Positions 40,031 to 51,878 of a stretch of DNA of 64,000 bases are shown here, in pieces. Each line of letters starts with the position of its first letter. Position 1 is the stretch's first letter. Origin of the DNA: Octopus vulgaris (taxonomy: Eukaryota); contig OX597815.1 of the NCBI GenBank assembly GCA_951406725.2, forward strand, positions 175,894,001 through 175,958,000, given 5' to 3'. Position numbers and translations under genes: made by a program. The notes under the pieces were generated by a model. It did not search any database and was not told the origin of the DNA. It saw only the letters and a list, made by a program, of their open reading frames with translations.

Positions 40031-40658
40031 GAGAGAGAGAGAGAGCGGGGGCGAGAGGGACTTGCTAGAAGCATGTGATTGGAAACTGTTTGATGATTAC
40101 TTTATTATCTCGGTCACTGAACTCCAATGATAAAATTGAAAATATTGCAGTTAATTTGCGCATTTAGGTCGATGTTGGTGTCTGTGCGTATGCATATGTT
40201 TATATGTCAGTGTTTCTGAGGCTCAATGAACTGCTTCGTACGTATTGTATATGCCTAAATGACTCCTTTCGTGTTGTGTCTCAGTATATATATATATAAC
40301 AAACTGCTATATGTATATATATATATGTATATATAACAATGACTACACCAGTTTAGCATTCTGACACTTGTCTAATTTTGTTAATTTCTGGTGCAAGCAT
40401 ATTCGCGCATCTTTCTATCTGTCTGTCTGTCTAAATGTGTATGTGTGTGGGTGTATGTATATACTTCGCCTGTCTTTACGTTCTGAGTTCAAATTCTGTT
40501 GAGATCGACTTTGCCTTTCATCCTTTCGGGGTCGATAAATTAAGTATCAGTACTGGGGTCGATCTAATCGACTGGTCGCTTCCCCAAAAAAATTTCGGAC
40601 CTTGTGTCTAGAGTAGAAACGTATACGTATATACTCATGATATTGGAACTTGTATATA

Positions 40659-41056
40659 CTCTTTTACTTGTTTCAGTCATGTGACTGTGGCCATGCTGGA
40701 GCACCGCCTTTAGTCGAGCAAATCGGCCCCAGAACTTATTCTTTGGAAGCCTAGTACTTATTCTATCGGTTTTTCGCCGAACCGCTAAGTTACGGGGACG
40801 TAAACACGCCAGCATCGGTTGTCAAGCGATGTGGGGGGGGGGCAAACACAGAGACACACACACACACACAGACACACATATATATACACACACACACACA
40901 TATATACGACGGGATTCTTTCAGTGTCCGTCTAGCAAATCCACTACTATAGCCCGAGGCTATAGTAGAAGACACTTGCCCAAGGTGCCACGCAGTGCCAC
41001 TATATATATATATATATATATATGCAAGCTATATACACACAACCACTCCTACGCCT
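40659..41056 (-). mobile_element. SINE family B (CORE-like), copy 1
   Basis: AGAAGACACTTGCCCAAGGTGCCACGCAGTG, a CORE-like segment on the minus strand. Confidence 0.85.
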
Positions 41057-41742
41057 GCAGATAGTTTCTACAAACACACTAACTAAATAGCACTAAAGTT
41101 ATACAGACTAAAAACATTTTGTGTCTATACCTGATTCTGATAAATTGACTCCTAAATCACCGACCGTGATTAATGATGATTACTTTATTATCTCGGTCAC
41201 TGAACTCCAATGATAAAATTGAAAATATTGCAGTTAATTTGCGCATTTAGGTCGATGTCGGAGTCTGTGCGTATGTATATGTTTATATGTCAGTGTTTCT
41301 GTGGCTCAATGAACTGCTTCGTACGTATTGTATATGCCTAAATGACTCCTTTCGTGTTGTGTCTCAGTATATATAAGTAAACAAACTGCTCTGAGCTTCC
41401 ATATATTCTAGAAACAATGACTACATCAGTTTAGCATTCTGACACTTGTCTAATTTTGTTAATTTCTGGTGCAAGCATATTCGCGCATCTTTCTATCTGT
41501 CTGTCTGTCTAAATGTGTATGTGTGTGGGTGGGTGTATGTATATACTTCGCCTGTCTTTACGTTCTGAGTTCAAATTCTGTTGAGATCGACTTTGCCTTT
41601 CATCCTTTCGGGGTCGATAAATTAAGTATCAGTACTGGGGTCGATCTAATCGACTGGTCGCCTCCCCCAAAAAATTTCGGACCTTGTGCCTCTAGAGTGG
41701 AAACGTATACGTATATACTCATGATATTGGAACTTGTATATA

Positions 41743-42108
41743 CTCTTTTACTTGTTTCAGTCATGTGACTGTGGCCATGCTGGAGCACCGCCTTTAGTCG
41801 AGCAAATCGACCCCAGGACTTATTCTTTGGAAGCCTAGTACTTATTCTATCGGTTTTTCGCCGAACCGCTAAGTTACGGGGACGTAAACACACCAGCATC
41901 GGTTGTCAAGCGATGTTGGGGGGGACAAACACAGACACACAAACATATATATATATATATATATACACATACACATATATACGACGGGCTTCTTTCAGTT
42001 TCCGTCTAGTAAATCTACGACTATAGCCCAAAGTGCCACGCAGTGGGACTGAACCCGGAACCGTGCGGTTCATAAGCAAGCTACTTACACACAACCACTC
42101 CTACGCCT
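41743..42108 (-). mobile_element. SINE family B (CORE-like), copy 2
   Basis: Minus-strand head AGGCGTAGGAGTGGTTGTGTG..CCGGGTTCAGTCCCACTGCGTGGCAC with tRNA-like A/B boxes. Confidence 0.88.
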
Positions 42109-43214
42109 GCATATAGTTTCTACAAACACACTAGCTAAATAGCACTAAAGTGATACAGACTAAAAGCATTTTGTGTCTCCTGACATATCTGATAAATTGA
42201 CTCCTAAATCACCGACCGTGATATAATTCGAATTCCCGCCAACAGTGCTACGGGCTACGGAAGCTATCATATAAAGTAGATATACTATTGGTGAAATGGT
42301 TTTTAGTCTTCTGACTCGTCGGGGTGTCTGGTGACGGAACTTCCTGCTAAAGTACTGTTATTCAACAGTGTTTATGCTTATTGATTAACGATTAAAAAGC
42401 AACATAAAGCGGAAGCATGAAAGATTTACTATGAATACCGACTCACTCATCCATTCATAAAATAGACACAACACGATGTAAAATACGTCGTAAACGATCC
42501 AGTAATGTGAAGTATTACTATTTGTGTATACTAGTAAAGCATCGTAAAAGCAAGATAAAACGATGGCTTGCAAGATATCACTGAAGTGATGTGTACAGCA
42601 CACAGCTCAGTTAATCATAAACAGATGAACAGTCTCTTGTGTATACTCTTCTCCTGAGAACAATTTGGTTCTAATGCGAGCACAGTTTGTCTGTTTATGT
42701 TATGATTTATATGTGTTTATTTCGAAGTTGTTATCTACGTAAACGATGTTCTTTATCTTATTAATACACGTCACGACCATTGGGAGATGAGCTTCTGAAA
42801 CAATCACTTACTTAAGGGTGTTTTCTGACGAAATTACAATAAGCAACAAAACATATTATCAGAACCGTGTGAGAAAGTAGTAAAATAAATACTTCATAGA
42901 TTCTTCACAAAAGGTAAATCTGCCCAAAAGTTGTTAGAACATAAAAACTACATTTATAGCATAAGCAGTGTTTTTTTTTTGTTTTATATGAAGAAACACT
43001 AAGAGTTAATTGAAAGAAGAACAGAAAAGAAGTACATCGGAAAGATTTTAGGAAGAGCTGAAAACATAGGATAAAGTTTTCTTAAGGTAACCACAGCGGA
43101 AACTTCAAAGTCTCAGCACATAAAACACTTGCTGATAATTCAATCGGCAAAGCCAGCAGTGTCAAAGTTCACTGTGACGACCGACTTTACTGAATGATAT
43201 ATTGACATAAAATG

Positions 43215-43500
43215 AAGGCAAGTGGCTTAGTGGTTAGGGTGTTGCTCTCCCGATCCCTCGATCGTGGGCTCCATTTCCGGAGTGAGCAGTGCCTTGCGTT
43301 CTTGAGTGAAACACTTCATTTTGTCATTGTTTCAGTTCAATCAGGTGTAAATAGGTGTAACAGAATGGCCTTCCAATTAAGGGCTGGGGATGCTGGCCTC
43401 CTCGCTTGGTCAGTGCGGTGGTATCATTCGAAAGCTAAAACAATGAGAAGGGCATTGGGACCAGCGAGGTATAACAACAGTCGATAGCCTGGTTGAGACC
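43215..43500 (+). mobile_element. Old tRNA-derived CORE-like SINE (third family)
   Basis: GTGGCTTAGTGGTTAGGG A-box-like head, then TTCTTGAGTGAAACACTTCAT. Confidence 0.5.
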
Positions 43501-44340
43501 ATGATGTTGACATAAAAGCATTGTTATCCTTTAGTTTATGAATTGTTGTTCGTAATCATTAGGTGCTTATTAATATAAAATCCATAATTGAGAGATGTCG
43601 ATTAGAGATCAAAGCAATCGGAACATAATTTTGAGGTGAATATTAAATAATACAAATAATATTTCTAAAGACAGCTAAAACTTAAAGCGAAAAGACTGTA
43701 GTTTTAAACACCAAATTATATCAAACGTTTACAGTTCTACTTTGACCGCATCTTTTCAGAACGTTTTCTTCTTTTCACAAAAAGGGCCCCTCAGTAATGT
43801 GACGAATGCTGGGCAATATTCCTTCTTTAAGATAAAACAACTCTAAGAATAGAGTAACAATTCCGATTGCAATTTGACAAGGTATTATTATCAATCATCA
43901 TTTATAGTTTAAGAACTGTAAATTAATTTAGCAATATCATTCGACAGGATTTTACAATTCTTCAAACTTCCATGACAATTTAAGATAATATATTGGGCCA
44001 CGCCTCCTACGTATTAAATTAATTTCAGTAATTGTAAGTTGTGGTTTTGCTCAAATACTTGCATTTCATGAACTGATAATACAAAGAAAAGAGAAAAAAA
44101 CTTGAGGTTGATATATAATTATAAAGTACCAACATTATTCTGGCCTACTTAATAAAAGTGTTGTTGCCACTAATGGTAATTACTTCGTCATCGCTCTTAG
44201 AATAGAAGTCTAAGAACTAGGACCCTAAGCAGGAACATCAGTATTCAATTGAATATTTCATTCCGCAACAAATTGCACAGATAAACAATTGATATGAAAT
44301 TACTGTAACTAAATCCAATTAGCGAACTAATTGAATAGAG

Positions 44341-44710
44341 ATTATTTGCCAATATTAGATGGCAGTCCTGGTTTAGGACGAATGTTGCTGTAATTTAGCC
44401 CCAGGAAACATCGTCTCCAGCTGGCTATTCGAAACGATCTGTGTCCTTATATTTTTGAACCAGGGAATCTAGCACCCCCACTCAGCTCAAAACAATATCT
44501 GTGTATCGCGATTTCCGGGTTATTTCTCTTCATCGCGATACACAAATATTGTATTGAGCTGAGTGGTGGGGGCGGGGTGCTAGATTCCCTTGTTCGAAAA
44601 TATAAGGACACAGATCGTGTCGTATAGCTAGCCGGAGACGATGTCTCCTGGGGCTAAATTACAGCAACGTTCGTCCTAAACCAGGACTGCCATCTAATAT
44701 TAGCAAATAA
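44341..44710. mobile_element. About 370-bp palindromic (foldback/MITE-like) element
   Basis: ATTATTTGCCAATATTAGATGGCAGTCCTGGTTTAGGACG..GTGTATCGCGAT, short spacer, ATCGCGATACAC..CGTCCTAAACCAGGACTGCCATCTAATATTAGCAAATAAT. Confidence 0.92.
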
Positions 44711-45909
44711 TCCTTACTCCAAAGTACTGTTGCTGAATATCTCTCATTGTGAGATTTACAATTAGTAATTTTCTAATTGAACATAATCTTAAATTTGAAA
44801 TAATTTCGTTGTCTATCGTTCTATTAACTAATTTTCCGCGGTTAAAATAAATAATAAAACACCACCCGTAGAACCGATGACATCTTTGGTAGACTGCACT
44901 TTATGTCGACTTTCATTTTGATTTCTGTTTGTATTCACTGTTCGTCTTATACTTTAGTTAAAGAGTACTTCAACAGATTAAAATTTTCATGACACTAAAC
45001 TTTTTATCTCGACAATTGCATGCTTTATCATGACTGAAAAGTCCAGTAAGGTTATGTAATAAAACAACTCTTTAAATCTGAAGAGCGCTCAATGATTGTG
45101 TGAGATCTACCCACTCCACACTCATTTCAAATAAGGTGGGGTAGTATTTTGAAATTGAAACATTTCTTTCTGAAATACATGGGTCATACGTTATTAAAAA
45201 TTCGCTGATATTTAGGTCACCACGCTAGCCTTCTCACTCATCAGCTTTTAACGGATGTTGAAAGGAAGCATATAAGATTAGCATAAATTTAAATACAGTA
45301 ATTTATAGCGGTGTCCGTGCCACATAATTGTTGCATCACTTGAAATATACACGCATGCACTAAAATTTAGATTTTCCCATTCTTTAAAGTAATTCTTTCA
45401 TATAAAACTACGGAAAGAATTTTGTCAGTGACAAGCACTGTTAACTAATGAATGCCCATAGGTTCGTTATTGGGTCACTGGATCTGCATTGAGATTACCA
45501 CATTATGTAGTAGGCCGTCATGTTAATTCATATCTGCTAAAAACGCGTAATCATATATATATATATTGCTTTCGTTGTTAATAGATATGTGTATGTGTGT
45601 TTGAATGTAGAACAAATACCGCTGTGCATTTGGCCTGGCCTGCTAACAACTGTGCCGGTTTGCCGCCTTAATAATGATGATGTTGACAGAGGCAGTAGTG
45701 GTAGCAGTAGCAAAATCTTTCGTCAGCGGTATAAACTCGAGTGCTTACATTGCCCCACAAGTCCATATGAGAGGTCCTCTCATGATAATTAACACAGTAT
45801 TTTGTGTTCTAACACAACATCCACTTTTTAAGTGGGGATAAATATTACCTTTCGGTATCCGTACTGCTCCTGTCGCAATTAATTATTTCCTAATAATAAT
45901 AATAATAAC

Positions 45910-45941
<32 letters not shown>

Positions 45942-46409
45942 TAATTGATAGGAGGACAACAGTTCGAGGAGAGAGGATCAGTCGATATCATTGACCCCAG
46001 TAGTTAAATGCTATTTTGTTTTATTGACCCCACCCGCAGCTCGATGGATAAAAAGTAAGGCTTATCCCGGCTGGATTAAATACGATACATAGCAAAAGAG
46101 GACTTAATGCTAATCTGCCAAGTTCTGTATTTGGATAAATATTCCATTTTAATATTTTTCAGGAATTTGTTGCGGTGTTCGTGTAGCTTTGTATTTAAAT
46201 TTCTTCGTGGAAAAGTCTATTGGCTGGTTCTTTGTATTTTCGCACGGTTTGCTCAAATTCTCCCCATCCATGCAGAGACCTCTCGACATTTTAAGAATAA
46301 TAAATTTTTAAAATCCGATAGATTTTTCCCACCAAAAAATGAAAACTTACCCATATACTAAAACCTTTTTTTACTGTTGTCTACATGATATAGAAAAAAC
46401 TCATACGCG

Positions 46410-46547
46410 TGCACACACACACACACACACACTTGCACCATGCACGCACACACACACACACTTGCACCATGCACACACACACACACTTGCACCATGCACA
46501 CACACACACACACACACCATGTACCATGCACACACACACACACACAA
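46410..46547. repeat. Compound minisatellite (CA)n-CTTGCACCATG
   Basis: CTTGCACCATG recurs three times, plus variants, between CA runs. Confidence 0.85.
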
Positions 46548-47504
46548 TATGCGTGTGTGTCCTATCAGAAACTGAAACTCCTTGATCATACTCATATATA
46601 ATAACTTATATGGCGGTGTGAAACCATCAAATGCTGTAAAACAATGAAACCCGTTTTAGGATACACATTCAATGATATTTCAATTTATTTGACTTCAATA
46701 TTCTTCGCTCTTTTAAATGGCTTAGAGAATTATGAGATTTTCTAATATTGTTTTGGTATGAAGTAGCTTTTTGTGGTGATTCACAACAGGTTTTGTTTTA
46801 TTGAACATATTATTTCTTAATGACTTAACTAGAAGCAAAATTAAGACAAGAATGGTCGCTGTTTTTAGTAGTAATACATCACTTCTTGTAGACTGGCAAA
46901 CAGTTTACAGCTCTAAATATTTATTTGTCTCTGTAATTTCTCATATTATCCTCTACAGTTTATCGATTTTATAAAATTTCTTTGTTTAGCTTTCAAATTT
47001 GGTGTTGTACATTTTCCATTAGACCGAACATTTGATGGACAATATGTCACTACAATGCCAAGATTATGAAATGAAAGCAATCAAAATAGCAGGTCTCATT
47101 ATATGATGCAATATATTGAAGTTAATGAACATATACTTTCCGGCTTTAAATTCAGCTTTAAATTCGCATCGTCTTAGATTCTGCTGGGATAAAATAAAGT
47201 GTAAATAATATAAGGCGGTCAATTTAGTGTGTTATTCTGGATTGGTTACATAAAATGTCAAATAAATATTGATTTTTTTTTCCCGATTATGAGCAACTTC
47301 ACATCATCTAACCAGAACATATGTTCAAAAAGGTCCTTCAATGACACCGAGAAAAAAAAATGAACGCAGCTTCTATAGAGTTGCTTGATCTACGAGAAAT
47401 AGCAGCCAAATCGTTTACAAATCACGAATTTCTAATTTTAAAGAAGACAGTAGAACTGACACGAAGCGCAGCCTCTCTTGGACACAAGACCACTACATCA
47501 CATC

Positions 47505-48280
47505 ACACTTTGAAGGTTATGCGTTTGCAATCCAGGAACAGGCGATTGCCACAAAGTACCTGGTGATCAAGAGAGACAGTGACGCTCTTGTAATCCCAAG
47601 GTACAACTGCATGTGTAGGCTATGCCATGTTTCTGTAGAAGACATTACGCATGTGATTAGCAGCTGGCCTAAAATGTCGTTACGATACCACCTCCCTATG
47701 TGGCACGATGTTGTTGCTAAAACTATTTACAATCCCATCCACAAAGAAACTGTGCTGAAATAAACTTAGAAAATCCGTCTGTTATGGAATACATTCATAA
47801 ACACCAACTGAAGGAATACTGGTGGAATATTCCCACCAAGACGTCTGTCAAATGTAAGCATAACAGGCCGGATATTGCTGTTTGGGACAGAGGGGCAATG
47901 GTATGTACCATCATAAAGGTCAGCTACCCAGCAGATATAAATATCTCTTTAAAAATTAAAGAAAAAGAGGTTATTCGAAACCTCCAGCTTCTCGTATATG
48001 CAGACTATGAATTCATATTCATACCAATAATAATTGGAGCATGAGGTTTTGTTAGTAAATGCTTAAAGGAGAATCTGGATAAACTGGGATTTTCAGAAAG
48101 AGAAAACGACCGGCTAATTCGTACATTACAAGTGCAATCTGTGAGTGGAACAGTAAAAATATGCAAGACTTTTCTTAAGTTCCAAATGTGAATTTGTCTG
48201 TGTTAACTACATCCCAAAGATGGAGCCTTGTATCTTTGATTGAAATCGGCTCCCTCCTCAGTGGAAGATGTATAATAATT
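47505..48280 (+). mobile_element. R4/Dong-like non-LTR 3' fragment (zinc knuckle plus restriction-like endonuclease)
   Basis: EGYAFAIQEQAIATKY, CRLCHVSVEDITHVISS..HDVVAK, WWNIP..KHNRPDIAVWD, IPIIIGA, GTVKICKTFLKF; TAATAA tail. Confidence 0.85.
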
Positions 48281-48569
48281 AAAAAATAGAAGAGACTTAC
48301 ATACAAACATAGTTGTAAGACATTCCAAAGATTCTACATCTGGGATACTTTACACGAATAGATGCATACACATGGTTGTGGGCATCGACTGTTCAACCAA
48401 CACACCTACCGAAACCACAAACACCGGGAACTCTCTTGACTCAAAAAACCGCGTCATTTTATTTGCGACCGACTTCAATGTACTATAAACAAACATGTGT
48501 GCGTGTGTGTATATACACACACACTAAATAATTGTGCTATATACGAAGTATAATTATCCCCATTCATTA

Positions 48570-49544
48570 TCTCATATAAAATCCGTTCTGTCTGTCTCTG
48601 TGTGTGTCTTCTCGGATTTCGAGCATCCTCCATCCGATTGCGCTCAAATTTGATATGTAGATACCGACGGTATCAGGGCGTGTATAAGTCTTGAAAAAAT
48701 TACAAAAATCGATTCCAAGTGGGAATGCGATCGATAAAGCCGTTTTTGTCCTGCTTTTCTTGCGTCAACCTGTACATATCTGCACCTTCCATTTTTTGCT
48801 GTTTTTGTACTGCTTAAAGGCACATTTCTTTCCTGCCAAGCTTACTCTTTAAACCATGTTTGTGTTCTGCCAGTCAACAGCCTTACCATTACTGGTACTT
48901 TAAACTCTTCGGTTGCATATTTGTGTGAATAAAATCGTTTTTCTTTGGAATAGAAAAAAAAGTCTATCTTTATTTCTTCTTTTGCTGGTGTCTCAAATTT
49001 AGGTTAAATCAGTGTTTCTCAAAGGGGAGGCCTATGGGACGGTCGGACAAGTTGTTTTAAGAAAATTTGGTTTAAATGTTTGACAACTCAGCGCCATTCA
49101 TTGGACGGGGGCGTTTTGCTCGTATATATATATATATATATAAACAGCTGTTATGTCATTTGCTAACAGTTGGCAAATGACATGAATGTTAATATATAAC
49201 ACGCATTTCATTCTTGAGAGAATAATGGTATCAATGAAATAAAATGACTCAAAATTTAGAAATGTCCATTACATACGGATTAGGTTCTTCTACAAATATA
49301 AACTTGAAGCGAAAATTCCGTGAAACGTTTTCATTAATTTCAACACACACAAAGATACACACACACTATACTGGTTGTGAAAAGAAGAAAACATACCGTC
49401 AAATATTTGTATAAATAGAACAGTGTAGAAAATCTTGTAAAGGTATTGTACAAAATTAAGAGGCTTTTAAATCTATTCATTATTCCGTCTAAGTAAGCGA
49501 TAATTATACATGCCACTTCGTTATAATTATTAGCTAATGTCTAG
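48570..49544 (+). mobile_element. Possible non-autonomous Helitron
   Basis: 5' A|TCTCATATAAAATCCGTTCTGTCTGTC..CCGATTGCGCTCAAATTTG is Helitron-like; the 3' end (ATAATTATA/TATAATTAT hairpin then CTAG|T at 49541-49545) is tentative. Confidence 0.45.
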
Positions 49545-50521
49545 TTGAACCAACTATACACCTGAGCCAATACTAATCACATTTTTTGGCATAATTATTC
49601 CTACTTCAATTGAGAGTAGTCTTCATAGCGGTGAAGGCGTTTATTCTAACGGAATATAAAGACACTGGGAATGTAAGTTGTCAATCGCGCCAACCGTCAA
49701 AAATGATCAAAAACGAAAACAGGAAAACAGTTATGTTATAATTACACCATGAAGAGAATAGGAAGTCAGTAAGGGAGATTACTGGGATTAATCATCCGTT
49801 AAGAAATTTATTTAAATTAGAAACGTTCTGAAACTTACTGAAAATATATTGTCAGTCTGAAGAATTCATAAGCATTATTATGGCATAATTTCTGTCTCTT
49901 TACCCACCCCCATACATACATACATACATACCCACTCACATGCACTCCCTCTCTTTCTCACACACAACCTTACACACACATATATAGTTTGAAAATTATA
50001 TTTAATTATATTCGAAAGAGAGACAAATGGAATGGTGTTTTGTTAATGTGTTTCTCAAGGACAAACCAAACAAAATAGGATCATTGAAAGTCGAGATATT
50101 TAACTCTGAGCACAGAACAGCCGCCGGAATAATACGTATTGTGAACGCCTGTTTTTATATTTGGCAGGCAGAGGTGTTATAGTTTCCCGCCGTAGTTCCT
50201 TGTCCTCGACATATAATTGCTTTCTTTCTCTTCAGAAATATATCATAATTAAAAACCGGAGGAAGAAAAAATAAACAAACAAAACGAGTGTGTCGAAACA
50301 GTGTTTCTTTCACGCTCTCAGCTCATCTGATTTGAAAACACTGATTTCTGTTTGAATAAGGGAGCGGTTAATGTGTTGAAAGAGACAGGAAAGAGAACAT
50401 CAAACACGGTGTGTGAGTTCAGGAAAACTGGAAGAGGTTTTTGTCGTTTCGAGAAAACGATGCCCTTCTGCCGAAAGGAATGAGGAAACAAAAAGGGGTG
50501 AAGAGAGAGAGGGAAACATGT

Positions 50522-50569
<48 letters not shown>

Positions 50570-50571
<2 letters not shown>

Positions 50572-50775
50572 CCATGTTGATTCGCTAGCCTCTGCACGCA
50601 TTTTTTTTCTCTCCTTGTTTCTTTCTGTGTTTCTTTTCTGTGTATCTTTCTGTTGAAGAGCGTAGGCTCGAAACGTAAAAGACTTGTTTTATTTATATTC
50701 CTGAGCGCCATACTAATACAATTGTTTGTTTGTATTCCACCTGCCTTCGTCTTTTGTTTATTTTCATAAAGCTTC

Positions 50776-50780
<5 letters not shown>
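50570..50780 (+). mobile_element. PLE-type pseudo-LTR fragment between (TA)n tracts
   Basis: T-rich block with a hammerhead-like motif; a decayed homologue lies opposite at 50437-50478. Confidence 0.55.
50645..50682 (+). ncRNA. Minimal type I hammerhead-like motif with U at position 6
   Basis: TCTTT-CTGTTGA-A-GAGC(GTAG)GCTC-GAA-ACGT-A-AAAGA. Confidence 0.58.
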
Positions 50781-50851
<71 letters not shown>

Positions 50852-51188
50852 GATTACGTCGACCCTAGTGTTCAGCTGGTACTTATTCTATTGATCTGAA
50901 AAGAAAGATCAAGCCAACATCGGCAGAATTTAAAGACGGACGAAATGCAACGAAGTACTTTGCACAGCGTGTTAACAATTCAGTCTGTTTATCTGTATGT
51001 ATGCAAGCATGTGCGTATGTGTGTGTGTGTCTAAGTATTCCCTGGTTGAGCTTACTCGTCTCCAGATCTAACCACAGACGATTTCTTCTAGAAAGAGACT
51101 CACAGACAACAAAATAAGAGAGGATCCATCCCAGTTCGGAACCCGTTCTTTGTACATCGGGTACGAATGGATGAAAAGTCAAGCAGGT

Positions 51189-51250
<62 letters not shown>

Positions 51251-51403
51251 CGGAGATATATATTACGGAGATATACTTGCATAGCAAATGACCTGATCTG
51301 AGATCGTGTGCTGGAACGAAAACAATTGCAGCGTGGAAGGTGTTTATAAGCCATTTAAGAAACACACAAAAACCGTTAGATTCACTTCACCATTTAAATT
51401 TAA

Positions 51404-51454
51404 TTTGTCAAAATATTTTCGTCGCTTTGAGACAGCGACCTGTTCATTGACAAA
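51404..51454 (-). ncRNA. Hammerhead-like motif, left arm
   Basis: TTTGTCA-ATGAACA-G-GTCGC(TGTCTCAAA)GCGAC-GAA-AATATT-T-TGACAAA. Confidence 0.55.
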
Positions 51455-51473
51455 ATTCCATGCTTCATCTCGT

Positions 51474-51524
51474 TTTGTCAATGAACAGGTCGCGGTCTCA
51501 AAGCGACGAAAATATTTTGACAAA
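51474..51524 (+). ncRNA. Hammerhead-like motif, right arm
   Basis: TTTGTCA-ATGAACA-G-GTCGC(GGTCTCAAA)GCGAC-GAA-AATATT-T-TGACAAA: 7-bp stem I, 5-bp stem II, palindromic stem III. Confidence 0.55.
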
Positions 51525-51608
51525 TTAAATTTAAATGTTGAAGTGAATCTAACGGTTTTTGTGTGTTTCTTAAAGGGCTTATAAACACCTTCCACGCTGC
51601 AATTGTTT

Positions 51609-51651
<43 letters not shown>

Positions 51652-51685
51652 ATAAACATGTGTGTAGAAATGCGTGCGCGCGATA

Positions 51686-51878
51686 TATTGGTTTCTAATT
51701 GTGGCACTAGTCTATGCAGTTCGAGTACATCGACCCCAGCCTTCAACTGGTACTTTATTTTATCGACACCAAAAGGATGAAAGGCAAAGTCAGCCTGGGC
51801 GGAATTTGAACTCAGAACGTCAAGACAGACGAAACGCTGCTGAGCATTCTATCCGGCGTGCAAATGATTCTGCCAGCT
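51686..51878 (-). mobile_element. SINE family A variant
   Basis: GGATGAAAGGCAAAGTC..GCGGAATTTGAACTCAGAACG..GATTCTGCCAGCT. Confidence 0.8.

Larger units (their letters stand above)
40091..42222. repeat. Diverged tandem duplication (40091-41170 and 41174-42222)
   Basis: Both units run TGATGATTACTTTATTATCTCGG ... AAATCACCGACCGTGAT, and each holds a truncated SINE A and a SINE B. Confidence 0.95.
51247..51608. mobile_element. Non-coding palindromic element (same family as 31928-32267)
   Basis: 51320-51608 is a near-perfect inverted repeat centred at ~51464; one-sided extension to 51247; flanked by microsatellites. Confidence 0.93.
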
